From: a virus
Direction: 5' to 3' (one strand)
DNA length: 64,000 nucleotides
Virus record (IMG/VR): IMGVR_UViG_3300025137_000018
Coordinates: 32,001-96,000 of that record
Shown here: positions 47,881 to 56,354 of the stretch, piece after piece
How positions within the stretch are numbered: the stretch's first letter is position 1
Layout of the letters: every line of letters starts with the position of its first letter
Translations under genes and position numbers: made by a program
Notes under the pieces: generated by a model
The model's input: only the letters and a program-made list of their open reading frames with translations
Databases searched by the model: none
Told to the model about the DNA's origin: nothing

Positions 47881-48428
47881 TGACATTACCATCAGCTGGA
47901 AACACAATAAGTTTTGGACAACTTCAAACGGAGTTTGGGGGATCTAACCCTATATCTATGAATGAGTATGGAGATAAAATTGGTTTAACTGTCGGCACTA
48001 CCTCAACTCATGATATGGCTGATTTTTATGGCCTTAGTAATAACTTAGGAACTATTGGTATTACTCCAGGTAGTAGATTTGTTGGTAAAGCAAATAGACG
48101 TCATCATGGTTACGAGTCATCTCCTGCTAACGGTTCTATTCAGACATCAACTCCTGTTAGTATGAATGGAGCTACTATTACTCCAACACAAATGAAATGG
48201 ATAGATGTTATTGGTTGGAGATTCCAAGCTACAATTAATAGCGGAACGTGGAATACAACTGCTTGGACAAAGTTCAGAGTTATAGATGATAATGATGACG
48301 AAAGTGATGTAAATTTAGAAAGGTCTACAGTAACTTCTCAGTCAGTAGTTGGAAGTCAGCTTGTTATCGTCTGGCCAGCTGAAGATCAAAATGTCTATGG
48401 AGGCACTCTGACATGGGAGTTAACATAA
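47880..48428 (+). CDS. Fibre-like virion protein
   Basis: ISFGQLQTEFGGSNPISMNEY and MADFYG, related to the middle of the 45504 protein. Confidence 0.6.
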   Translation: MTLPSAGNTISFGQLQTEFGGSNPISMNEYGDKIGLTVGTTSTHDMADFYGLSNNLGTIGITPGSRFVGKANRRHHGYESSPANGSIQTSTPVSMNGATITPTQMKWIDVIGWRFQATINSGTWNTTAWTKFRVIDDNDDESDVNLERSTVTSQSVVGSQLVIVWPAEDQNVYGGTLTWELT

Positions 48429-48429
48429 A

Positions 48430-49350
48430 ATGAAAATATTACTTGTAGGTATGCCAACAACATTTGATTATTTGGTAACACCCCTTACTGCGGCTGGACA
48501 TACTGTACGATTAATTGATGGCACAGACCAAGATTTTTCTTTATTAACTAATGCAACATTAGCTAAGGATTATATCCTAGAACAAATTGCTGCTTTTGTT
48601 CCAGATATGGTAGTTAATGCAATTACACCGGTAGTTCTTCCTGTATCATCAGATTATACTTATGTAGGTAATACTGCAGCAAGTGCGAAATTAGAAACTC
48701 ATAAGTGGGAAACAAGAACAAAGGCTGGAGAGTTAGGTTGGTCATTACCTACAGTGTTAGAAGAATGTAATATGAATGCTGTATCTAATTATGATAAAAC
48801 AGTATATGTAAAACCTAAAGGCGACTGTCAATTAAGACAAATATTTAAAGTACCTGCATCAACAAATAATGAACTACATAATTTAGAGATGACTGCAGAT
48901 GCAGGATATGTAGAAGATGGTGTTGACTATGAAGTTGAAGCTTGGTGCTTCTTTACTATATCTAATGGATCATATTCTATAATAAGAACATTAGGTTGTA
49001 CTGGATATGGAAATGATAAATTAGTAGATTCAACAGGTGACTGGAGACAAGGTGATATCACTCTGGTAGATTTAACTGACGCTCAACGAGCTGCATTCAT
49101 TACAAAATGCGAAGCATGGTTAGACTATGCAGTAACCTTAGGTGGAAATTACGAAGGAACCTTAGGTGGAGCAATTACTGACGATAATACTGTATATTGG
49201 TTTGAACAAAACAGTAGACCTGGAACGTATAACATAGGAATGTTACCTGGGACAGTACAAGATTGGATTGATGGACTAACCACCGATTCAACTAAATCTG
49301 TTAATCAAATAACGGCAGCAACGATAAGATCCGAAAAGGGATTTGGCTAG
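48430..49350 (+). CDS. ATP-grasp enzyme (PurD-like)
   Basis: AKLETHK, VYVKPKG, EVEA, WFEQNSRPG. Confidence 0.65.
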   Translation: MKILLVGMPTTFDYLVTPLTAAGHTVRLIDGTDQDFSLLTNATLAKDYILEQIAAFVPDMVVNAITPVVLPVSSDYTYVGNTAASAKLETHKWETRTKAGELGWSLPTVLEECNMNAVSNYDKTVYVKPKGDCQLRQIFKVPASTNNELHNLEMTADAGYVEDGVDYEVEAWCFFTISNGSYSIIRTLGCTGYGNDKLVDSTGDWRQGDITLVDLTDAQRAAFITKCEAWLDYAVTLGGNYEGTLGGAITDDNTVYWFEQNSRPGTYNIGMLPGTVQDWIDGLTTDSTKSVNQITAATIRSEKGFG

Positions 49351-49352
49351 AT

Positions 49353-49682
49353 ATGACTATAAATTTTAAAAATACTTGGAGACCATTACCAAGTTGCGTA
49401 ACTATAAAGGAAAGTACAATAGATGGTTTAGGACTATTTGCTGTTGAGAATATACCCTTAGGCACTGACTTAGGATTAATGAGATTTATGTATCATGATA
49501 CATTTGTAAGAACAGCTCTAGGATCTTTTTCTAATCACTGTGAAGAACCTAACTGTGTTAACATGAGCAGTATTAATGAGCATGGAGACGAAGAGTATAC
49601 TTTAGTTACTAATCAAGATATCAAAATTGGAGATGAGTTAACGCTTTGTTATCAAATGAAGCAGTATTATATAGGAGAATAA
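49353..49682 (+). CDS. SET-domain methyltransferase
   Basis: GLGLFA, NHCEEPN, DIKIGDELTLCY. Confidence 0.88.
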   Translation: MTINFKNTWRPLPSCVTIKESTIDGLGLFAVENIPLGTDLGLMRFMYHDTFVRTALGSFSNHCEEPNCVNMSSINEHGDEEYTLVTNQDIKIGDELTLCYQMKQYYIGE

Positions 49683-49683
49683 A

Positions 49684-50148
49684 ATGTTTTTTAATAAAAA
49701 TAAAGATATTGATGTAGATCAATTAAGAGAACAATTAATAATAGACGAGGGTCAGGTAAATGAAATATATCATGATCACCTTGGCTATGCTACATTTGGC
49801 ATTGGACATTTGGTATTGGAAGGAGACCCAGAATTCGGGTTGGCGTTGGGTACTGCAGTCTCAGAGGATAGAGTTATATCATGCTTCGCCAAGGATGTAG
49901 AGACAGTCATAAGTGATTGCATAAAATTACACAACGGGTGGGATGGATATCCACAAGAAGTAAAACAAGTCATTGCGAACATGATGTTCAACATGGGACT
50001 TACGCGCTTAAGTAAATTTAAAAAGCACAATGCAGCGCTGCAGTGTGGTGATTGGCCGGTAGCGGCTATTGAAGGGAGAGATTCAAGATGGTACAAGCAA
50101 GTAACGAACAGAGCAGAAAGACTTATGGGAAGATTAGAGGCCCTTTAA
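49684..50148 (+). CDS. e: T4-type lysozyme (GH24)
   Basis: DEG...Y.DHLGYATFGIGH, NMMFNMG, SRWYKQVTNRA. Confidence 0.92.
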   Translation: MFFNKNKDIDVDQLREQLIIDEGQVNEIYHDHLGYATFGIGHLVLEGDPEFGLALGTAVSEDRVISCFAKDVETVISDCIKLHNGWDGYPQEVKQVIANMMFNMGLTRLSKFKKHNAALQCGDWPVAAIEGRDSRWYKQVTNRAERLMGRLEAL

Positions 50149-50292
50149 AGGTCGAATCTAGTATTCCACAAGAGAAACAAGAAAATAAGGGTTGGTATTG
50201 GTGTCATGAAAAGCAAGGTCTTTTTAGACACTCAGACTGGCATAAATCAATAAATGAACTTAATTTAAGCAGTTCATAATAAGGAGAAAGAA

Positions 50293-50544
50293 ATGGCAAG
50301 TACAATTAAACTTTTAGGATCTCAAACAGATCTTACATCAGCTACTACAGTAGGAGAAGCCACAGTTGTTAGAGTATTAGCAACTGCAGCTGGAACTATA
50401 ACGCAAAAAGCAGCAGCTGCTGGAGCTACCATAGGTACTATTCAGATGTTAGCAAATACAGAAATCGTATTGGCTAAAGCACCTGCTAATACTTTAGAAG
50501 GTGGTGCAACATTTAAAGTAGTTAAAATCGCTTACAGCAATTAA
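50293..50544 (+). CDS. Small A/T-rich beta protein
   Basis: AAGGAG RBS. Confidence 0.7.
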   Translation: MASTIKLLGSQTDLTSATTVGEATVVRVLATAAGTITQKAAAAGATIGTIQMLANTEIVLAKAPANTLEGGATFKVVKIAYSN

Positions 50545-50555
50545 GTTAATGCCGT

Positions 50556-50873
50556 ATGATAGATATAACCGAGATAGCACATGAAAAACTCGTCGAAAAG
50601 ACGCGCAAAGCTGGTAACAATATTATCAGAATTGGGCTACTTCCTGCTGGTTGCAACGGTTGGAAATACCAGTTTGTATTTGTTACTGAGAGCGATCCAG
50701 ACGACCACATAATAGATTATGGCGATTATATCTTAGTTGTTGAAACAGGCCAGCTTCATAACTTTATGAATATGACCCTTGATTATCAAACCGAGGGTCT
50801 AAATTCAGAATTTAAATTCTTAAATCCAAACGAGGTCGCGTCCTGCGGCTGTGGACAATCAATATCGTTCTAA
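50556..50873 (+). CDS. iscA: A-type Fe-S carrier IscA/HesB
   Basis: GCNGWKY, LDY, NPN..SCGCGQS. Confidence 0.92.
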   Translation: MIDITEIAHEKLVEKTRKAGNNIIRIGLLPAGCNGWKYQFVFVTESDPDDHIIDYGDYILVVETGQLHNFMNMTLDYQTEGLNSEFKFLNPNEVASCGCGQSISF

Positions 50874-50884
50874 ACAATTAATCT

Positions 50885-50892
50885 TATAAATA
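50885..50892 (+). promoter_or_regulatory. T4-type late promoter heading the csg-FecR-cyclase operon
   Basis: TATAAATA 6 nt before ATG 50899. Confidence 0.8.
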
Positions 50893-50898
50893 GATTAT

Positions 50899-51195
50899 AT
50901 GGAAGATTTGTTTACTTTAATTAGAGATGTCGGCGTGCCGATTGCAGCTGCAGTATCATGTGGTGTCTTTGTATTTATAGTAATTAAACAAATATTTAGT
51001 GGTGTATTAGATCAAATAACCACATTAACAATATTTACCAAATCTCTAGAAAATAGAGCTAGATCTATGAATAACGAAATTATTAAAATTGATTTATTAG
51101 TATCTAGTGCTTTAGAGTTAACCCCACCTATAGACCGAGTGGCTCGAGCTGAAAATTTTGCAGAGGACGGGAAAATCGATACAAGAAGAGACTAG
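50899..51195 (+). CDS. Small single-TM coiled-coil protein
   Basis: DVGVPIAAAV TM followed by LENRARSMNNEIIKID. Confidence 0.7.
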   Translation: MEDLFTLIRDVGVPIAAAVSCGVFVFIVIKQIFSGVLDQITTLTIFTKSLENRARSMNNEIIKIDLLVSSALELTPPIDRVARAENFAEDGKIDTRRD

Positions 51196-51201
51196 TAAAC
51201 T

Positions 51202-51468
51202 ATGGACATAGCTGGATTAATTATAGAATTCGGATTTGAAACAATTGCTTTAGTAGGTCTCGGATATTTTGTTTTTTATGTATGGCAATTTGTATCAAAC
51301 GACTTGGAACCAAAGATTGAAGAAATGCATTTCGGTTTAATACGTTTAATAGACCAAGTTAGAATGCTTGATCAAGATATGATTAGATTACAAGAAAAGG
51401 TTAAAGTTGTACTAGAGTATAGAGAAAGACAGAAAATATTAGATATGGAAAACAAAAATGAAGATTAG
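51202..51468 (+). CDS. Small single-TM coiled-coil protein (resembles the preceding gene)
   Basis: EFGFETIALVGLGYFVFYVW TM followed by LIDQVRMLDQDMIRLQ. Confidence 0.7.
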   Translation: MDIAGLIIEFGFETIALVGLGYFVFYVWQFVSNDLEPKIEEMHFGLIRLIDQVRMLDQDMIRLQEKVKVVLEYRERQKILDMENKNED

Positions 51469-51940
51469 AAATATAGCATTCATAGGAATGGTAATATCAT
51501 TTTCAGTATATGCTGATGAAATTAAATTTGGATTTAAAAATCCATCGTTCAGTGGATCTGGAACAGGAGCACATTATTTAACGATTGAGAACCAAGAACA
51601 TTCTCGTAAAAAGGCGATTGAAGATGCTTTAGAAGCTGCAAGAAAAGCTGCAGAAAGAGAAGCTGAAAACTCTACAATGGCCAAGTTTATTAGAAACTTG
51701 GAGAGTAGAATATACTCTCAGATGTCAAAACAATTAGTTGAATCTATGTTTAGTAACGATGGGTCAGTAAGATTTGGTTCATTTACATTAGAAGGTAATG
51801 TAGTAACATACGAAGTACTTATTAACGAAGACGGTACAGAATATATTAAAATGACCATTGTAGATTCAGATGGAACTACAACCGTTATTGAAATACCAGT
51901 AGGAACTGGCAACTTTGGGCAAGATCCAGATGTTGGTTAA
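51458..51940 (+). CDS. csgF: Curli assembly protein CsgF-like
   Basis: Signal peptide then FGFKNPSFSG; F..NLESRIYSQMS; TTTVIEIP. Confidence 0.8.
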   Translation: MKIRNIAFIGMVISFSVYADEIKFGFKNPSFSGSGTGAHYLTIENQEHSRKKAIEDALEAARKAAEREAENSTMAKFIRNLESRIYSQMSKQLVESMFSNDGSVRFGSFTLEGNVVTYEVLINEDGTEYIKMTIVDSDGTTTVIEIPVGTGNFGQDPDVG

Positions 51941-52940
51941 GTATATTTTAGTATTGTTAATGCTTAGCGGATGCGCATCAGTTCCGCAGTGGAGTCCAAA
52001 TCCTCAAGATTGTAATGACCTATCAGGAAAGTACGCTCAAGGTTGGAAAACAGATGTTGATAATGATGGTATTATAAATGATACTGCCTGGGATGTAGCT
52101 AAACAAGGATATATGGGTTATAAAAAGGCAATGGCAAGAAAGTATATTTGCGTTGATGAACCCACTGCAGTTAGATTACCTGCATATGTAGATTTATTAA
52201 ATCTACCTCCAGCAAAGGATATGCCGGTTGTTGCAGTATACGCATTTAAAGATCTAACAGGACAAAGAAAATCAGTAGATAATATAGCATCGTTCTCTAC
52301 TGCAGTTACCCAAGGCGGTACTGAATTATTAATAGATGCTCTCAAAACTGCAGGTGGCGGAACCTGGTTTAGAGTAGTAGAAAGACAAGGGATTGATAAT
52401 CTTGTAAGGGAAAGACAAATTGTAAGATCGACCCGACAAGATGTTGCTAAAGCCGAAGGGACTGAAGCACGAGGAGTTGGACCTCTCTTATTCGCTGGAA
52501 TGATTATAGAGGGAGGTATTATTGGTTATGATGCTAATACGGAAACAGGTGGACGCGGCGCACGAACACTTGGTATAGGTTTTAGTAAAATGTATCGTAA
52601 AGACGTTGTTACAGTTTCTGTGAGAGCAGTATCTGTATTAACGGGTGAAGTTTTGTTAAACGTCCAAAGTAAGAAATCGGTATTATCTTACGGAAGTGGT
52701 GGTGACTTGTTTAGATTTATTGAACAGGGAACACAACTTATAGAATATGAGGACGGTGTAGGTAATAATGAGTCAGTAACATATGCAGTTAGAGCTGCTA
52801 TTGAAGCTGCAGTTTTGGAATTAATCTACCAGGGTCATGACCGTAAATTCTGGGATATAACCGCGGGTCATCGTCATCCACATCAATTTGATGGCAAAAA
52901 CGATAAACACGCAATTAACGAGGAAAACGAAAATGAATAA
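51930..52940 (+). CDS. csgG: Curli secretion channel CsgG-like lipoprotein
   Basis: Lipobox LSGC; AVYAFKDLTGQRK, STAVTQG, VERQGIDNLVRERQI, IEGGIIGYD, TGEVL. Confidence 0.92.
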   Translation: MLVKYILVLLMLSGCASVPQWSPNPQDCNDLSGKYAQGWKTDVDNDGIINDTAWDVAKQGYMGYKKAMARKYICVDEPTAVRLPAYVDLLNLPPAKDMPVVAVYAFKDLTGQRKSVDNIASFSTAVTQGGTELLIDALKTAGGGTWFRVVERQGIDNLVRERQIVRSTRQDVAKAEGTEARGVGPLLFAGMIIEGGIIGYDANTETGGRGARTLGIGFSKMYRKDVVTVSVRAVSVLTGEVLLNVQSKKSVLSYGSGGDLFRFIEQGTQLIEYEDGVGNNESVTYAVRAAIEAAVLELIYQGHDRKFWDITAGHRHPHQFDGKNDKHAINEENENE

Positions 52941-53673
52941 ACTTTTAAGTATAGTTGTCTTAGGACTATTATCAACATCGTTTGTTTATGCTGCAGCTAC
53001 TGATGATAACGAAATTAGAATAGATCAAACTGGTGACACTTTAATCTTATATATCGATCAAGTAGGTTTTGGTAACAAAATAGGACTCACCGATTACTCT
53101 GGAAGTCCTGCAGATATGACAATAATAGGTTCAAGCTTAACATTTAATCTTGACCAGATTGGTAATCAGAATTTAATCTACGGCCCGCTGAAGCTAGACT
53201 CATCTTCTTTAACATTCAATTTAACTGGAGATTCAAATAAGGTAGATTGGGATATAGGTACAACAGGTAGTTCTGATACTACTAATTATGCCTTTGCTGT
53301 TACTGGAGATAGTAATACATTTGATATAGACCAAGGTAAAGTTGGAGCAAGTGCTGAAAGATTAGATGCTGATTTAATATTAATTGGTAACTCAAACGTA
53401 TTTGATTTAGATTTTGAAACCGATGATGTAACTTGGAATTTTGAAATTACTGGAGACAGTAATAATGTTAATACATTACAGAAAGATGGTTCACAAAAAA
53501 TAACGCTTGAATTAGTAGGTGATAGTGCAGATATTGATATTAATCAATTATCAGGTACATGTGCTGCTAGTGGCGGAGGTTGTGCAACTCCTAATGCAAT
53601 TATAAATTTAGATATTACATCAGACAATGCTAAGATTCAGATCAACCAGAAAGATTCTGGTAGCGACTCTTAG
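52933..53673 (+). CDS. Secreted curlin-like beta-repeat protein
   Basis: Signal peptide; repeats of x-I-x-(Q/T)-G-D-S-N-x-x-x-I-x-Q; C-terminal CAASGGGC. Confidence 0.75.
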   Translation: MNKLLSIVVLGLLSTSFVYAAATDDNEIRIDQTGDTLILYIDQVGFGNKIGLTDYSGSPADMTIIGSSLTFNLDQIGNQNLIYGPLKLDSSSLTFNLTGDSNKVDWDIGTTGSSDTTNYAFAVTGDSNTFDIDQGKVGASAERLDADLILIGNSNVFDLDFETDDVTWNFEITGDSNNVNTLQKDGSQKITLELVGDSADIDINQLSGTCAASGGGCATPNAIINLDITSDNAKIQINQKDSGSDS

Positions 53674-54736
53674 TTTACTATTCATCACTGGAATCGCCTA
53701 TGCTGATTCCATTGGTGACATAGTAGAGTCAACTGGCATCGGCCAGATTGTTCGTAATAATGAACAAATAGTAGTAGCTAATGCATTAGCAATAGAACTA
53801 AATGATGAAGCAAAAACTGGTAACGGAAGAATGCTTATTGAGTTTTTAGATAAGGCTCAATTATCCTTAAAGGAACATTCTGAAGTACTAATAGACGAAA
53901 TATATTATGACCCTGATCCTTCACTCTCAAAAATGAGTATGAAGTTTACAATGGGAACGGCAAGATTCGCATCTGGAAGATTAGGATTAGTGAATAAAGC
54001 CAATATTGATATCAAGACTCCTACGGCCTCAATTGCCGTACGGGGAACTGATTTTACAACAACAGTAGATGAGTTAGGTAGAAGCCTAATCATATTACTA
54101 CCAGATGAGAATGGTGACCCATCTGGTGAGATAGTAGTTTCTAATGAAGGCGGAGTAGTTACATTAAACGAAGCCTATGCCGCAACAATGGTATCATCAT
54201 TAGATTCATCACCAACACAGTCAATCGTAGTGAATGGTATTACACCAGCATTAATTGACAATATGTTTATTGTATCACCTCCACCGGCAGTTGCTGAAAG
54301 AATACAAGAAGAAATGGCCGATGAAGCGAACGAAGACCAAGGGCTATTAGATATAGATTTTTTAGAGTTCACTGAGTTAGAAGAAGATGAGTTAGAAGAA
54401 GATGAACTTGAAGATTTTACCGAACTGGATATTGATGAATTAAGTGTCGATTTTTTAGTAGATGTATTAAACGCCATAGACAATTCAGATGTTCTAAATA
54501 CAATAGGCGAATTTAATATCAAAGGTGCTAGTAAAGGATTTAATATTAAATCCCAATGGAATGTTTTTTTACAAGATGGCGATTTAGTATTGTATAGAAG
54601 CGTTAATGGTGTTATAAGTGTTAAAATAGGTGCAGCTGGTAATTTTGCATTAGAAGCTATAACTCCAACTTGGGACGGACTAATAACTGGAAACGAGGGT
54701 GATGATATCCTCATTTATATAAATCAGGTGAATTAA
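53627..54736 (+). CDS. FecR-domain periplasmic/secreted protein with acidic linker
   Basis: Signal/TM; TGNG, IKTPTASIAVRGTDF, GEIVV; D/E-rich linker. Confidence 0.85.
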   Translation: MLRFRSTRKILVATLSLLFITGIAYADSIGDIVESTGIGQIVRNNEQIVVANALAIELNDEAKTGNGRMLIEFLDKAQLSLKEHSEVLIDEIYYDPDPSLSKMSMKFTMGTARFASGRLGLVNKANIDIKTPTASIAVRGTDFTTTVDELGRSLIILLPDENGDPSGEIVVSNEGGVVTLNEAYAATMVSSLDSSPTQSIVVNGITPALIDNMFIVSPPPAVAERIQEEMADEANEDQGLLDIDFLEFTELEEDELEEDELEDFTELDIDELSVDFLVDVLNAIDNSDVLNTIGEFNIKGASKGFNIKSQWNVFLQDGDLVLYRSVNGVISVKIGAAGNFALEAITPTWDGLITGNEGDDILIYINQVN

Positions 54737-54737
54737 T

Positions 54738-55511
54738 ATGTTAGATAAATTAGAAGAATATTCAATGAAAGCTTTAATATGGGCAAGTGTTTTATTTTGG
54801 CCTATTATTATATTGTCACTACTTTTAGCACCACTGTTTGCAAATGCTGATGATAATATTATTACTATGGAACAAACAGGTGATACCTTTCAATTAGGTG
54901 TTGATCAATTTGGTTATAGTAATGAAATTAAAATGCTAGATGGTAATTCATATATTACAGCCACAAGTTTAGATATGTATTTAGTCCAGGTTAATACAAG
55001 TACTGGTGCACTTCCTAATAAAATTACATTCGATGAAATAAGTGGAACAGGTAATCAAATGAAATTAGCTCAAGGTGTTGCATGGAATACTCTTGATTCT
55101 GACACTGATTTAACTTGGTCGCATGATAGTTATGAAGGGGGCGGCCATGAAATTGATATTATTATGTACGGTGACAACAATAAATTAGCAGTTCAACAAA
55201 CGAACCAAACTGGTGCAGCCGACGGACATAACTTTGATCTACATTTAGCTGGTGATAATAATGAAGTTAAAATAAAACAACAAAGTAATGGTTCTAAGAC
55301 TATTGACCTAACAATTTACAATGATAATAACGATGTGTTTATTCGTCAATATGGTCAAGGGTCATCACACAATGCTAATATTACGTTAGATGGACTATAT
55401 AACACTGATTTAATTTTAAAACAATTAGGTACATCAGGTTCCAATGCATACACACTTAACCAAAACTGTTTTACAGTTGGTGGTTGCTCAGTGTCAGTAA
55501 CTCAGGAGTAA
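54738..55511 (+). CDS. Second curlin-like beta-repeat protein
   Basis: Signal; DNIITMEQTGD, GDNNKLAVQQ, GDNNEVKIKQQ, NDNNDVFIRQ; C-terminal CFTVGGC. Confidence 0.75.
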   Translation: MLDKLEEYSMKALIWASVLFWPIIILSLLLAPLFANADDNIITMEQTGDTFQLGVDQFGYSNEIKMLDGNSYITATSLDMYLVQVNTSTGALPNKITFDEISGTGNQMKLAQGVAWNTLDSDTDLTWSHDSYEGGGHEIDIIMYGDNNKLAVQQTNQTGAADGHNFDLHLAGDNNEVKIKQQSNGSKTIDLTIYNDNNDVFIRQYGQGSSHNANITLDGLYNTDLILKQLGTSGSNAYTLNQNCFTVGGCSVSVTQE

Positions 55512-55513
55512 TT

Positions 55514-55999
55514 ATGGCATATTCAGACGAAGTAGTAAAGAGATTTGAAGCGGTTCTAGCCAACCCTAAAAAACATTCTGTTGGCTCATTAGATAGAAAG
55601 GATCCAAAAGTAGCAACCGGTCTTGCAGGAGCTCCTGCATGTGGTGACGTAATGCAATTACAGCTATTACTCGATGATGATGAAAAGATTATCGATGTTA
55701 AATTTAAAACATATGGTTGTGGGTCAGCAATTGCATCTTCATCATTGTTTGTTGATATGATGATGGGTCTAACTATCGAAGAAGCAAAACTAATTAAAGA
55801 TAAGGACATTGCAGAGGTCTTACAACTTCCACCAATTAAATTACATTGTAGCGTATTAGCAGAAGATGCTATTAAACAAGCTATGGTAGATTACGAAACA
55901 AAAAACGACAAAGACTACACACATCCAATTTTAGACCAACCTAAATCTATGATAGGTCATAATAGACCACCACTCGAAAGAGAGGACTTCATAGAATGA
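55514..55999 (+). CDS. iscU: Fe-S scaffold IscU
   Basis: MAYSDEV, GAPACGDVM, FKTYGCGSAIASSS, LPPIKLHCSVLAEDAI; AGGAG RBS. Confidence 0.95.
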   Translation: MAYSDEVVKRFEAVLANPKKHSVGSLDRKDPKVATGLAGAPACGDVMQLQLLLDDDEKIIDVKFKTYGCGSAIASSSLFVDMMMGLTIEEAKLIKDKDIAEVLQLPPIKLHCSVLAEDAIKQAMVDYETKNDKDYTHPILDQPKSMIGHNRPPLEREDFIE

Positions 56000-56082
56000 T
56001 AAAAAATTATTATAGATTTATAAGAATGAAGTACGGATACAGACTTGCATCTAAAGGAATTTTAGTGGATATATACGTATGA
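55996..56082 (+). CDS. Possible 28-aa peptide
   Basis: GAGGA RBS; ATGA overlaps on both sides. Confidence 0.4.
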   Translation: MIKNYYRFIRMKYGYRLASKGILVDIYV

Positions 56083-56354
56083 CAATAGAATGCCCAGAAG
56101 AATATTATGAGTGTCTTACCGAAGAAGAATATGATGAAATATTAGAACTCTTCGAAGAGAATGAAATATCATTTCCAGATTCAATTCAACCAGAAAGCGT
56201 AAGCGATGCACAAGCAGTAGCTGATTTTACGTGGCAAGTGCTATTCTTATCTCCATGGGAATTAGCTTATATAGCTTTACCAATGAGCGTATTAGCCTTT
56301 TATGGATTAACTATATACGCTATTTTTAAATGGGTCCAGAGAAAATTTAGCTAA
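56079..56354 (+). CDS. Small membrane protein with acidic N-terminus
   Basis: CPEEYYEC acidic segment then TM; TAATG-coupled to the cyclase. Confidence 0.65.
   Translation: MTIECPEEYYECLTEEEYDEILELFEENEISFPDSIQPESVSDAQAVADFTWQVLFLSPWELAYIALPMSVLAFYGLTIYAIFKWVQRKFS

Noticed and set aside
50088-50279. 63-aa ORF overlapping the lysozyme 3' end
   Set aside because: No clear RBS or start; its 3' half could encode a short peptide but support is insufficient
54374-54415. 15-bp tandem repeat GAGTTAGAAGAAGAT
   Set aside because: In-frame coding repeat (ELEED) of the acidic linker in the FecR protein, not a separate element
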